DNA from: Takakia lepidozioides
Lineage: Eukaryota > Plantae > Bryophyta
NCBI GenBank assembly: GCA_030704615.1
Contig: CM060733.1
Span: forward strand, 41,292,001 to 41,356,000
DNA length: 64,000 bases
Reading direction: 5' to 3'
In this document: positions 27,029 to 39,620 of the stretch, in pieces
Layout: every line of letters begins with the position of its first letter
How positions within the stretch are numbered: position 1 is the first letter of the stretch
Translations under genes and position numbers: made by a program
Notes under the pieces: generated by a model
Seen by the model: the letters and a program-made list of their open reading frames with translations, nothing else
The model's database searches: none
Told to the model about the DNA's origin: nothing

Positions 27029-28336
27029 TCAGATGACATAGTCAGACCAGCCTTTGATGAAGGACGTGTGGTCCATAGTTTCACTAGGGATCTCCTTGAG
27101 CTTTGCAGGGCTTTGCTTCCCGCCTACTAGTCGAGCTGGATTTCCAACGGCTGTTGTGCGTGGGGGCACATCGATCAAGACTACAGAGCATGCCCCTATC
27201 TTTGCCCCCTCGCCTATCTTGATATTACCAAGAATCGTTGCCCCTGCTCCGATCAACACTCCGTCCCCAATTTTAGGATGGCGATCGCCTCCCTGAGCAC
27301 CAGTACCTCCTAATGTAACGTGATGCAAAATGGACACATTGTTACCTATAGTGGCTGTCTCTCCCACCACCACACCTGTGGCGTGGTCGAACAGGACACC
27401 GGATCCAATTTTGGCAGCTGGATGGATATCCACTTGGAAGACTTCAGACACTCTACTCTGTATTGCCAGTGCAAGAGACATGCGGCCTTGGTTCCACAAC
27501 CGGTGGGCTACCCTATGAGCTTGGCAGGCAAGAAAACCCTTGAAGTTAAGCATGCAATGTGAGTAGGAAATACATGCTGGATCCCGGTTCTTCACAGCCT
27601 TGATGTCCTCTCTGATGGCACGACGAATACTGGCATCCTCCATGAAATTGTCAATTATGAGGCTGAACAGCTGCGTGCTGAGAAGTGTGCTGCTAGAAAG
27701 CTTGTTGCCGAGATGGAAGGCAAGTGCGCGTTCCAGAGACCTATGTGATAGTATCGACGAGTACAAGTAGCTCGCTAACACAGGCTCTCTCACCGCGTCC
27801 CCACGTGCCTCCTCCCGCACTCGCAGCCATAGCTTGTCTTCTTCACCGAGAGCAGGCAGTTCATCAGCAGAGCTCAAGTCCACATCGTCCACAGCAGTGA
27901 AATCCGGTGCACCCAATTGTGATGATGCCAAGAGGGGCAGGGCAGTTCTAAGACTCTCCCTCAACATCCTCAGATCTACGCCATGACCTTTGCTGGATCC
28001 CCTTTCCTCCATCAACACAGCCGTAGGGTTAAGAGGCAGCCCCAAACTGGAGGCAAACCTGCTCTTCTTCGATCCCAGGGCCATAGCGGACAGGGAACTG
28101 GTGAGCAAAGAGTTCCCGGCCATGGCACCCACGGACGCCAAAGGAGACGAGGAGCATTCAGACCTCACACACGAGGAGGAGCCGTCAGATCGAAGAGCCA
28201 GAGAGACTGGAGCGCATTTCACACAACCCGCAGAGCAAAACCGCGGTTTCATGGCCACCTCGCCGGCCATAACTGCAATCGACAGTGGTGCCGAATCCAT
28301 TCTGGTCACCGCTGCTAAGCTCCGCCTCCCACTCAT
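27029..28336 (-). CDS. SERAT: Serine O-acetyltransferase, intronless, with N-terminal extension (possible organellar transit peptide)
   Basis: 435-aa ORF: EPVLASYLYSSILSH, RDPACISY..NFKGFLACQAHRVAHRLW, DIHPAAKIG..DHATGVVVGET hexapeptide repeats, C-terminal WSDYVI. Confidence 0.97.
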   Translation of the reverse strand: MSGRRSLAAVTRMDSAPLSIAVMAGEVAMKPRFCSAGCVKCAPVSLALRSDGSSSCVRSECSSSPLASVGAMAGNSLLTSSLSAMALGSKKSRFASSLGLPLNPTAVLMEERGSSKGHGVDLRMLRESLRTALPLLASSQLGAPDFTAVDDVDLSSADELPALGEEDKLWLRVREEARGDAVREPVLASYLYSSILSHRSLERALAFHLGNKLSSSTLLSTQLFSLIIDNFMEDASIRRAIREDIKAVKNRDPACISYSHCMLNFKGFLACQAHRVAHRLWNQGRMSLALAIQSRVSEVFQVDIHPAAKIGSGVLFDHATGVVVGETATIGNNVSILHHVTLGGTGAQGGDRHPKIGDGVLIGAGATILGNIKIGEGAKIGACSVVLIDVPPRTTAVGNPARLVGGKQSPAKLKEIPSETMDHTSFIKGWSDYVI

Positions 28337-29559
28337 CCCACACGCTCACCCCTCCACGCCCTCCCCCACACCCCAAACCCTCCTCCTTAAATTTGAGCTC
28401 CACACGCCACCATCGCTCCAAATCCCGCCTCACTCACTCCCGCACCTCTCCCACTCCCTCCATCTCTCTCGCTCGCTGCCTGCCTGCCTCGCTTATATTC
28501 TCCCCATTCCCGCTCCCCGTCTCCCCCTCGGCATCTTGCCTCGCCCCCTCCCCACCCTCGCTCCATCCACCCTTCGCTTCCCCGCCCGGCGCGTCCTACC
28601 TACGGAGGTATATGCCGTTCGATATTCCATGCACTATGTATGGCAGGCACGTTGACCAATATAATCGCGCGCCCGCCTCTTGTAACGGGCCACGTGAATC
28701 ACTTACTTAGAGTCCTAATCAGGTCGGGCGTGATCGGGATTTGTGATTTGGGAGGGGCATGTTTGGCCAGCAATCTCCAAGTTGTTTTGGGAATTGAAGA
28801 TGTGGAAGTGTTTGGTGAACCAAGATGCTTTTGCCAGTAAGTGATATGTATTACTGCCCTCTGATTGAAACATGACTCCCTCCCTGCAGACCAAATAACA
28901 CAATTTTTCAAGTATTGCCCGGACTGCAAGCGTGATTGTGTGCGAGCGGCTGGCATGGGACCCGGGCCTCCCTCTCTTGGCTTGTGAGGGGGACAATACG
29001 TGATGTTGTTGTGGAATTGCGTGCTTGCCGCGGATCGAGGGAGGCGGCCCCAACTTTGGATTCCTTGTTGATAGGGACGGATCCACAGTTTTGAAGCGCA
29101 GAACAGGCAAAGAATGCGCACTTGGCCTCATGTGTTGGCAGGGTCGTATGGCCCCACGTACCTGCCTTGTGAGAGCCGTAAAGACCAGTGTTGGGCGAGT
29201 ATTACTTTTTTGTATACCAGCAGGGTTGTGGTATTGAAAATAAATTGTATTTCAATAGGGCCAGCCGTTTCCATAGTATTGGAAGATTCACTTAAATTTC
29301 AATATCTGCCGGTTCTCAATAGTAGTATGAATTTTGATTTGGGGACGGGTATGATTGGGACGGGTATTCTTTTTTTCCTTTCTTTTTAAACAGGGGCAGT
29401 GGTCCTGGAGAACTTTATTTAGAATTATTAGGGGAAAAATTTTAAAACCCCCAAGCCAACCATAAGGCACACACACCGATGTCAGTGAACAAATGAACCA
29501 CTCGTCGAACTCAGTCGAAACGGTGAGCGCCCCCAATTGAAGGACTCGTAGAGCGCCTC

Positions 29560-30170
29560 CTCCTTTTGTGTTGAGTTTGTTCTTTGGATATCTGCATACA
29601 TTTTGGCCAAGGCCTTCCTGGATTCAACTTGCATATCATAGTAGAGACAGGAAGGAGGATATCATGCAAGTGGTGTCTGAGAAGGTTTTTTTTGCATCTA
29701 GCAATCCATCAGTGCCAAAGGGTCGAGCTCCTTAAGGCATTGAAAATGGGAAATGCAAGAGATGTTTGTTTAGTGATTAGGTTGTAGTTTAGTAGCAGGT
29801 CTGTAGCTGTGAGGCGGGTGTTGTTCCAAGACCTGTAGAAGGATTTTATAAAGGGCCAAATCTTGGCCGGTGCGTGGCAGTTTACTAGGAGGCAGTGTTC
29901 CAAAGTTTCGATTATACCTGATGAGCAGCAGGATGAAAGGATGGCTTCCGGGAAGCCCAGCCATTGACCAACCTTGAGAACCCTGTTGGCCACCTGCCAA
30001 AGGAACTCTGAAATTTTTGCAGGAAGTGCCTTGTTCCAAAGAGAGACCCATATTGCTTTTCAATTTTTGTCTGCAAATCCATAGTCTTGCCATTTGGTAT
30101 CCCATTTAGCATCCATAGGAGCCTTGGGGACGAGAGCCTTCTAGGCCTTCTTGGTGGTATTCCAATCGTA
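29560..30170 (-). mobile_element. L1-like LINE 3' remnant (zf-RVT region)
   Basis: WLGF..CC..ETLEHCL..C..A.KIW and NALRSSTLWH*WIARCKK motifs; stops and frameshifts. Confidence 0.65.
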
Positions 30171-30337
30171 ATACCAGCCAGTTATCAACCCGGATGTAAA
30201 TAATTAGAATAAAATAAAATAACCACTAAGTCATTAATATGTCTGTAATTGAGTTTAGAAGCATTCTTGATTCATAAAGAAATAGAATTTTCTATTTCAA
30301 AGTGCAAAATTTGCATTACATAATAATGTTAACCCCT

Positions 30338-30378
30338 AAACGACTGAAGCGACCCGAATTGGGCCGCTTCAGTCGTTT
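30338..30378. other. Strong DNA hairpin preceded by TTAACCCCT
   Basis: aaacgactgaagcg / cgcttcagtcgttt perfect 14-bp arms plus an inner ccc/ggg stem. Confidence 0.8.
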
Positions 30379-33300
30379 GTCACAATCCACCTCTTGTGGA
30401 TGTGAGTGGATGGAAGTGGGTCCCGAACGTAAAGTAAGGAAGTTAGGGAGAAGCACACGTGGGAATTTAAAGCGCCCTGAAATATTAAAAACTCTGCTCC
30501 CTAGAATTTTTCAAAGTGGAAATCTGCATTGACTTGCCTACATGACAAGCCAAATGAGGAATCTTGAAAACAACATCTAGGGCTCAGATTTTATCAAAAT
30601 GCCAAAAAATTTGGGCATTCCTCTTTTCCTTTGGGCAATGCGGGATTGCACCACAGGGAAATCAATTCTATAAAAGGCTCCATGATCTATATGGGTTAGT
30701 ATTTTCCAGTGTTGTTTGGACCCCCCCTAATTGCACATACAAAGGTGCCATGTCATTGTTGGAGTTTGGCCCTCCAATTTCTTGAGGACACCTATAACCA
30801 TGCATGAATTCTGACTGAGGTGGTCTGGGCCTCAGGAAAAATCAATGTCAGGGCAAATTTGCTTGGTCAAACCTCATTTTTCCTTCAAAATTTCCTTGGA
30901 GTTGAAAAAACCCCCATGGTAAATTGTTATAATCTCCCAAATGTGACAGTCATTTCTTCCCTAATTTTCTCACCACCTGCATGTAGTAGGTAACTGCCAC
31001 TTCCTAAGGTTCATTTCCGTGAATGAACTCCTGCTGGCAGATATGGCTTGGGAGGTGACAGTGGGTCCCATTGTTGAGGTGGCCCACCAAAAACACTCTC
31101 GGCGCTTAGGGACCGTTAATAATGGTGCAGATTTTCGTATGCAAAGTGAAGCAAGCTTAGTTAAAAGAAAACTGATTGCAAGCCTTATCGTCAAACATGT
31201 CAAGGTCCTCATATTCATCAATCATTTTGTCTTCCGACCATAAGAAATCCTTGATCCCTTACTCAACCACCTTGCAATCCATCCGCACGTCATTTGGCCA
31301 ATTCTTTAAAATAAAGACCAATTTGTCATTTGCCGTAGACTAGTGATGAGTCCAGCAATGCAGGCCCTTGGGGCTAGACATGCCCTGACCTAACCTTGCC
31401 CAACTTCATATCTATACCATGTGTATAGTCCTTGTTTTTGCCTATATTATCAACCGGTTCGGTTAATATTAACCATAGTATTACAATAGCCAATCCCAGC
31501 CGGGTTGGTTATTTGATACCCTAGTTGATACTTGATACCCGGCTACTAGGCCCTGTGTACCAGTCCAACACTGGTAAAGACCCCGCCAGGATTTCTCAGT
31601 TAGAGATGATGGCACCTTATGGGGAGGGATTTTCTTGCGAGGTGAGAATGGCACCTTACACCCCATGAGGTTCCCCCTCTCCTCGCCCCCTTAGGTCCCC
31701 TCTCGAGGAGAGGAAGCACCCGGAAGGTTCCTGCTCTTGCAAGCCATCCAATCAAGGAAATCGCGGCCATCAAAATGCAAAATCCTTGCTGTTTCTTTAC
31801 ACAGGGTGAGGCCCTTGGATAGGGGCTTCCTGAAACTCTGGGGCCTAAGAGCATCCCCACCCTTCTCACTGAAATAGAGGTTGGTTCAGGACTCTCGAAA
31901 GGTGTGTGAAGGAGTCGGCTACTCGTAGCCACACCCTTGCCCCTTGTTATGCCCCTGTATCCAATGTCCCTGCCTTGCTGGAGTTCCCAGCGACGTTCTC
32001 ATACGCTCTGACACGCTTCTCATAAGCTTCTCACACGCTTCTCACACGCGCCAGCACACTCTGACATCGGACATCTCCATGGTCGGGACGACTCGGTTGC
32101 GGGACGGGTTCAGGACGCTGGATATCGTGCACGCATTAAGTGAAAGAGAGGCGGTTCAGTGTCCGCCCTTTACAGCGTATATGGTAGCGGTGCACGGTTG
32201 TGGTACGTTTGCAGGGAAATTTGAACCTGTATACTCAGCTACGGCCTTGTGTTGGGCCCCTCATTTCAAGAAGGCCCCGCCCTCGGGCCTCACCCTACAC
32301 TTAAATTTAATGCATCCACGTGGGGCTTTGTCCATTTTGTTGGATCCACTTTATTCTAAAGATGAGGACTACGCATCAGTGTCAAAAATCGGTAAGCCCA
32401 TGTTACCCCTTCCCTAGGCGTCACCTCCTCTCCTTTGTTGAAAACTAATTCATGAAGTGCCTCCAGGTAACACCTCCCTCCAAGTAACATCTCTCTTATT
32501 GAACGAATAAATGGATGAAATTTCAAGTTTATTTTGGATGAAAGTAGATTTCACTATTCACAAAGAGAAGCCATCTGCAACTAGCCGCTTGTTGGGAGAG
32601 TGCCCAAACAGGCAGTTTCATCTTGTTCTACCTTCCCCAACTAGCACCTCCTTCATTATGCGAGAAACAATGGATGACAAACTTACCATGGAAGAGGCTG
32701 AAACTTTATAGCCTGGTGGCATAAGTGGATAATTTAGTAATTTCACAACTTAATTATGGATGAAAGTAGATCTATCTACTGAGGACATTACAAGATGAGA
32801 CGCTTCTTACATACAAGATTGTTGGGATAGATGTTGGGAACATAGAGGCAAGGGTGTGCGGCACTGATGACCAAAGAAAGAAATGACACTTGTGACACAT
32901 CATACACGACATATTGCATTCAGTTGGAAATTTTCTTAGATTCTAAATACTCCAAAAGTAACACATATAGAAAATCTAACTAGACTCAGATTTAGGGTTT
33001 TGAATCTAATATTTACAACAAGCTGACTCCACGGAAATTTGAAGATCACCGGGCCATCAATATGGATTTAATAGTTCATCCTAAAATGTAATTTGATTAA
33101 CACTTAATTACCTACAATGCATTGGGAAAAACAAAAAAAACCACGGTGAAAAAATTGCACCCTTCAACAAAAAAGGCATTCCGTCAACCCACCAACTTTC
33201 ATCCAGAGAAATTGACTGTAGATAGAGGTGCCTACCTAGTACCTTCATCTTCTCCACAAATTTCCTGATTTTTCACCGTGAGAATTTGTAACAATTTTAA

Positions 33301-34989
33301 CCTTCCTGATCATTAAAAGAATCCCTTAAGAGATTGTCTCCATTTTGTTGAATTATTTCCTATTAATAATCCTACGCACATTCCCACTCAGCCACAATTC
33401 ATACTCTTGAAAACATGGGCTATCTCTCTCACTATTTTAGCCAATGCCAATTCTCCTAAAAACCGCTTGGTCTGGCTATGCCCTCATTCTCGAATCCATA
33501 AAACAAGCATAAAATCCTACTTTTTAGACCACTTCGGGCCACATGCATTTTTATGTTCAATGAGGCGATTATTATTACTGCCAGCCAATGTAAAGTCGAA
33601 GATTTATTGCAAAAACTCAAAAACAGTAATAGATTCATTTTTCTCTAAGAAAGACTATAAAAATATATATCTAATTTGCTATATCTCGTTTCTATTTTAC
33701 TTTGGATTTAATATTATTACAATTATTATCTTACTAATTTCTTATTGAAAGCTTATTGATGCCAACCTTTAAATACTTCCATGCATAATGCCCCAGTTAA
33801 TCTTAGGTCTTTTCTAGATCATCAAGATAGATTAACATTTCAATCATTATATTTATTTGGCTCTTAGAAAAGACCTAATACATTTAAAATATTGTTTGGG
33901 AGATTGATATCTAAGAAAATTTATTAACTATTTTTGTCCCAAAAAGGATAGACATCGTATGATGAATATTATATAGAAAGAATATTGACATCACACAATA
34001 TTATTGTAGGTTATGAAATGAGCTAAATACACATGTACATTTTTATCAGAATTCAGGTTCATGTTAGGTTACAAAAGACATTCAATCAAGCAATTGCTCT
34101 CTTTCACCTTGACTCAAGTGAGGTTGAATGGTTTTGTTTGATGCAGTTAAGAGAGTGGCTCAAAACAACAATCAATAATGCAGAAGGCTTTGGGATTCTG
34201 TAGCTATTTGCTGCTCATTAGCATTGTTGACTTGATTGCTTTCCATTTGGCTTGACTAAAAGTTTTAGGGGTATATGGGCTTCTTTGCCAAATTTTATAC
34301 GATTATTGTAAACATGAGGCAAAGCATTCCACAAAGAGAGAGCTTCTTTTATTTTTAAGTTGGGATCACAATGCTCACCATAAGATTGGGCAAGTAATAG
34401 AAAAGGCACTGGAGTTTAATGCTCTCTCAGCGGGACTGCCTGCGTTGCCCGCCCCTCCCCCCTCCCCCCGTGGCGGCTCCTGCGTTGGCCGTGGTCGCCG
34501 CAACCAGTCGCTCCCCATTCCCCCGCCCACCCCCGCCCCCCGCCTGCCTGCCTCCACTGCCGCTTCAAACCCGTTGTACATGAATCATGTCACACGGCCA
34601 TTCATCATGCATGATCAGCATGTACCATGTAAGACATTCATCTATCATCACCAACATATGACACATGGACATAGATACATGGATGATCACACATCGATTC
34701 AAAATTCAAATTTGAACTTCAAAATAATTATTTTAATGGACCGTAGCGGATGAAGATTGTCATGTAGCGGATGATTACATCCGTCCGGGCAATTGTCAAC
34801 CTGTCTCCATCTTCCTCCTCCTCATCATCGTCCTCAAAATTGTCCTATCACCGTCGATGTAGCAGCGTGTATCACCCGTGCATCCAGTCTCAGAATCTGT
34901 ACTTCATTTCAAAATTTGGAAACAACTTGGGAGATAACTTGGGGGATAAACTCTTCAGTTTTGTTATGTACAAACATGTCGTTTCAGCA

Positions 34990-35498
34990 GCATGCTTTCA
35001 ACCACAATGTGTTACAATGGCATGGCATCCATCCCGGTAAAGACAACGCTGAAATAGCCTACATTCCATGGAGTCGTGTAAATGATTTCATAACTGGGGA
35101 GTCATCCCGTCCCGATGGACCATGCACTTTCCAGAAACATCGTCAAAGAGGCTGTCCACATGGATCACTCCTCGCTCCACGCACGAATAGTGCCTTAAGT
35201 CTGACAAGGTAAAACTATGTGAACTCCATGTAATACAATGCTATTTAGTGTCCTCTTACTTTGTCAGTCTTGTAGGCGGTCCATTGCACTATGAGTAATG
35301 GAAGGTGGATTCTGTCGTAGGTATCATTGCTCATATAGGCCGGAGGACAAGAAGACTACCCTCTTGGAGGTTACCTCTGCCATGGTAGCCAAGAAATGGA
35401 AACCACGACCTCCCAAGACGAAGAGGAGAAAGCCAAGAGTTGTGTGTCGCGGCCCTTTGCCTTGGGGCAAGGGGTCGGGACAAAAGAGGGGTTGCCCC
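34990..35498 (+). mobile_element. 5' part of a MULE/SWIM-type transposase-related gene, interrupted by an LTR element
   Basis: AEIAYIPWSRVNDFITGES..PCTF, intron ~35209-35320, YHCSYRPED...KRGCPC resemble the IPxxRVxDFxxGE / YxCSxGPED / KRGCxC motifs of plant MULE-derived SWIM proteins; the frame is cut right at RGCPC by the LTR. Confidence 0.7.
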
Positions 35499-36166
35499 TG
35501 TGGTGGGGGTAGTGGCAACAATAGGTACGGGGGCCGAAGCACCCTTGAGTGCCCAAAGCACTCAATGAGGCGGAGGCGCTCACTAGGTGGAGCCCCGCAC
35601 ATCGGGTTGCAGTGGGGGTAGTTCCACGAGGGGTGGTGGTAGCTTAGTGGGTCTTAGTGGGGGTGGCATAGGACTCACCATGGGGCGGAGACCTTGTGGT
35701 GGGAGTCGTGGGGAGTCTTGGGACTCATCACGGTCCAATGGGGCCGTGGTGGGTGGGCCAAGACTCACCGCGACTCGTCACCGGGAATGGAGGGTCTTCG
35801 TGGTGGTTCGCCATAAAATGACTGGGTCATTTGTGAAACCCCTACGAACAGTCACAAGAGTATATATAGGGAGTAGTAACCCCGAGAACGGTGCAAGCCC
35901 GTTGGTGACCAAAAACTAGGGAGTAAGCGTGTGAGCCGGAAAGCGACCAAGGTGTGGGGAGCTGTTCCGGACTGCCAACAACCAAAGGGAATTTCCTCTA
36001 GGCCCGGAGTGAGCGAGGGTCTTGTGGAGGAGCAAAAGGGGGACCGTTATGTCCTAGTGAGCAGCTGAAGCTCCGAGTTGGCCCGGCGGCCAGTTTGGGA
36101 GTTAGGCGCGCATCAAGCGAGTAACTATGACTTGAAGGGGAGCTTACTGAAGTGAGGTACGCGACA
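35499..36166 (+). repeat. 5' LTR of a Ty3/gypsy element
   Basis: Starts TG, ends CA at 36166, followed by PBS TGGTATCAGAGC (36169-36180, tRNA-iMet); TATATA at ~35861. The start is inferred from the break in the MULE frame. Confidence 0.75.
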
Positions 36167-36221
36167 TTTGGTATCAGAGCTTAGAGTTCAATACGCGATC
36201 GTCCTTGAGATCGGCCTCATC

Positions 36222-37651
36222 ATGGGGTCGGGCAAGACAAAGCGAAAGTGGAACAGCCCAAAAGATGATGATCCTGGTGAGCCCGGTGGGGGCGACGTGT
36301 CATCGAAGCGGCAATTGGAAGAAGCGATTCATGCTTCTGAAAGCGAGGCCGCTCAAGAACGGGAGGAATTTTGGGAGTCGGAGCTCAAGGACTTCCCAGA
36401 GGCTCCGCCAAACCAACAGATGTCTCCCATGCCAGCAGCCTTTTGGGAAGCGTTGTTGGCGCAGTTTGGCGGGACGTTGAAAGACATGTTGAAGGCGGCT
36501 AATGCCACTTCCACTAAGGCAAAGTTTAAGGTGAAGCCTTAGGAACCTGACACCTTCGAGGGCGTCCAAAATCGGAAGGCACTCAACACCTGGCTCTTGA
36601 AGCTAGAGCAGTACTTCCAGGCGGCCAAGTCGAGTGACGAGGATCGGGTGGAAGTGGCTCTCACCTATTTGAGGGGTTATGCTCAACAATGGTGGCAGAA
36701 ACGCCTTCATGACCAAGGTCCAAACCCAGAAACCTTGAGCAGGAGTGGGTTCAAGGAACTTATGAAAAGACGGTTTGTGCCCCTCAACGCGTCCTGGCTC
36801 GCCCGGGACAAGATGAGGAATTTGAAGCAAATGGATGACATTTGGGGATATGTTCAGGCTTTCAATGTGCTGTTGCTCGAAGTCACGGATATGGCGGAAC
36901 CAAAAATGGTCTTCAACTTTGTGGCGGGACTGGCCCCATGGGCCAGGCAGAAGTTGGAGGAGAAGCCACCTAAGACTTTGAACAAGGCAATTGAAAGGGC
37001 TGAATGTTTCTCGGATGTCCCTAGGGGCAAAAGACAAGGCCATACGGAGCTGAACCACAAGAAGACCCTACGGGAGGGTGACTCCTTCCGACCGGAAAAG
37101 AAGTGGGATAGGCCACGCGGCTACAATGGCACATGGAAATCAAAGGGAGGGCCTTCACACGTCAAGGCGGCACCCGGTGCTCCGAAAGAAAAATCAGGTG
37201 TGGCAGCTTATGGCGGACAGAAGGCGGCCTTCGATGGAGTGTGCTTTAATTGCGGGGAGCCCGGGCACATGGCTAAGAAGTGCGCAAAACCCTGACAATT
37301 GAACATGACTCGGGCGACCACGGAGCTGTCCGAAGATTCCATTAGCCGCTTGGTGGAAGCGGTGGTCATCAAGACTTGCAAGGTGGGCAACTACTCTTAT
37401 GAGTTGTATCAAGAGACTGGCGCCTTGCGTAAAAGGAGTCAATTAATATTCGTGAGTGGGATAATTTCCGGAACTAACGTGTCGTTGTTGGTGGACATAG
37501 AAGCGTCGCACTCCTTCATGACACCAGCAACGGCACGGAAGTTGGGGCTCCCGACAAGTGATGTGGGGCCTCTATTGAAGTGCGTTCTGCCAAAGGAGAA
37601 CCACAATTGGCGATGAGGTTGGCGTTCGATGTTCCTCTTTAGCTCGGGAGT
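36222..37651 (+). mobile_element. Ty3/gypsy gag plus aspartic protease, defective, truncated by CACTA-A
   Basis: gag: P*EPDTFEG..LNTWLLKLEQYF..YLRGYAQQWW, Zn knuckle CFNCGEPGHMAKKC, premature TAG 36540-36542; protease LLVDIEASHSF (degenerate DTGA); no RT/RH/IN in the window. Confidence 0.9.
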
Positions 37652-39620
37652 CACTACAGGAAAATAGGGCCTTTGCGACGCCCGAGCCACGCCGCAGCGT
37701 CAGGAAAATGCCCTTTTTGGGCAGGGGCAGGCGCAGAATTTGCGACGTCCGGCCGTCGCCCGGCAATCGCATGGGCGTCGCCAAAATGACGTCTCAAAAA
37801 TGCGAGGTATGGGGTCGCAAGCCCCCGCCCCAACTCCCGCGACTGCCGGACGTCGCTTTTCGGGCCGTCCGCGCCGATGGCAGGGGCCTCCGTCGAGCGA
37901 CGTCTCACCGTCGCGGCCCTCCAGCCGACGCCGTTGGTGGGGACGTCGGCGCAGCGTTGCATCCATTTTTTTTTCTAACCTGCCCGGGAGTCCCATCATA
38001 AAACCAAAAAACACGTGGTGTAAGCCGGGTGGTACACCAAGCGACTATTGGGCGTGGCAAAAAACAGCAGGAGCAGGAGTCGGGCTCTGCCACGCCCGGG
38101 CGTGGGTTTCGGCGACACTCTGGCGCCGCTTTTTATGTATATTAAATAATAATAAAAGACGTGGCGCAGGCAGGGTGGCGGGCTACGCGACGCAAGGGCG
38201 TCGCAGCTTGCGACCCCCAGACCAAAAAAATCGTCGCAGGGGGTGTCGGGGTTGCCGCCCACAAATGGGATTGGTGACGCCCGACCGTTGCAGCGTGCGA
38301 CCCCCGCCCAAAAAACACGTCGCCATTGGCGACGTCCTACAGTCCCGAGGGCAGCCTAGTGGGGGGGTTGGGGGTTGATTTTGGGGTGAATTGGGGGCGG
38401 TTTTTTGTTTTTTGCCTGGTTTTGTTTTTGGGGATGGGAGACCTTACAGTTCCATTTCTCTGATTTAGCAGGTATACAATTGAGCAAGCATGAATCGAGG
38501 GTGAGGACGGTGCGACACATGAATAAGATGGAAGATGGAAAGATGGAAATATATTTACAAGAAATGAGCTGAAAAGCTCACAAGGGTTCAGTAGGCTGAC
38601 CCTGGGACCTAGATGGACTAGGACTAGTCATCCTCATCCTCATCCTTAGTGGAGGACTCAGAGCTATCCGATGAGCCTAATGACTCCGCGCCTTTGCCAG
38701 AGCACCTAAATGAGGTGGCGTTCCCTTAAGTCCCACAGAGCTCTCATCCAATCCCTGGCCATGACCCCCAACCTCATCCATACTAGTGCCTTGTAGTGCA
38801 CTCATCCCCTCCGTGTTGCACTACTACATTTGGGGGGGGGTTAGCGATGCCTCAGCGACCTCCAAACGCCGCGCATAGCGACGAAAATACACTACAGCGC
38901 CCGGGGCGCGCCGGGGACAAATTGCGACATCGGGAAGTCGCCGCCACGTCGCTCCCGGAACGTCACTGATTAGCGACCTAAGGGAATCGCTAATCCCCCG
39001 GGTCCACCTAGCCATGACCAGCGATGGCCAAAAGACGCCGCCCCTTCGGGCGTCGCAATATGGCAACTCCCAGGAGTCGCAACAAAGGGCAGGGAGGGGG
39101 GTCCATCCTTTCCCCTGCATCATGGGGCAGTCGCAAGGACGTCGCACATTCCCAGAATTAGCCACGCGCTGGCGTCGCCAAAACGTCGCAGCCTGGCGAC
39201 GCCCGGAAATCGCCATGACGTCGCCGCCATTTGGGGCGTCGCTAGACCCCCATGGGTAAGGAGGTTCTGTAGCGACGTCCAGGAATCGCAGGGACGTCGC
39301 AGCCCCTTCGTGGCGTCACTAGCTCCACGTTGCATTGTTCTGTTGCGACGGTGGGGAATCGCACCGGCGTCGCTGGGTGGGAGGGTAGCCAGCTGGTATT
39401 TGGGGTGGGGTTTTGGGGTTTTTTTTTCGTTTTGGGGGGGGGGGTTTCTTGGGGGTTGGGGTGTGCCTCGTGCTTGCATGAAATGCATGCATTCTAATCT
39501 ATAGGTTAGATTAGAATCCACATGTCCATTAAGGTTAGAATGAGGATCGAAATGGTAACTGAAGAAATATATACATAAAGCGAGTACTACCTTTACATGT
39601 TTCTAACTGGGAACCATCCC

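Noticed and set aside
31480-32075. Possible solo-LTR fragment with short cttctcacacg repeats
   Set aside because: No matched TG..CA pair, PBS/PPT or TSD could be established.
36540-36542. gag TAG as a programmed readthrough site
   Set aside because: It is mid-gag rather than at the gag-pol boundary, and the protease active site is also mutated; simple decay is more likely.
38790-38798. ttgtagtg as the right TIR of CACTA-A
   Set aside because: Does not match CACTACAGGAAAA beyond 7 nt, lacks the agt TSD and subterminal repeats, and lies within the TnpA-like coding remnant.
37690-39450. Dense short GC-rich repeats and the 100-200 aa ORFs over them (also 59750-60250)
   Set aside because: CACTA subterminal repeats; irregular spacing rules out CRISPR and the ORFs are GC-content artefacts.
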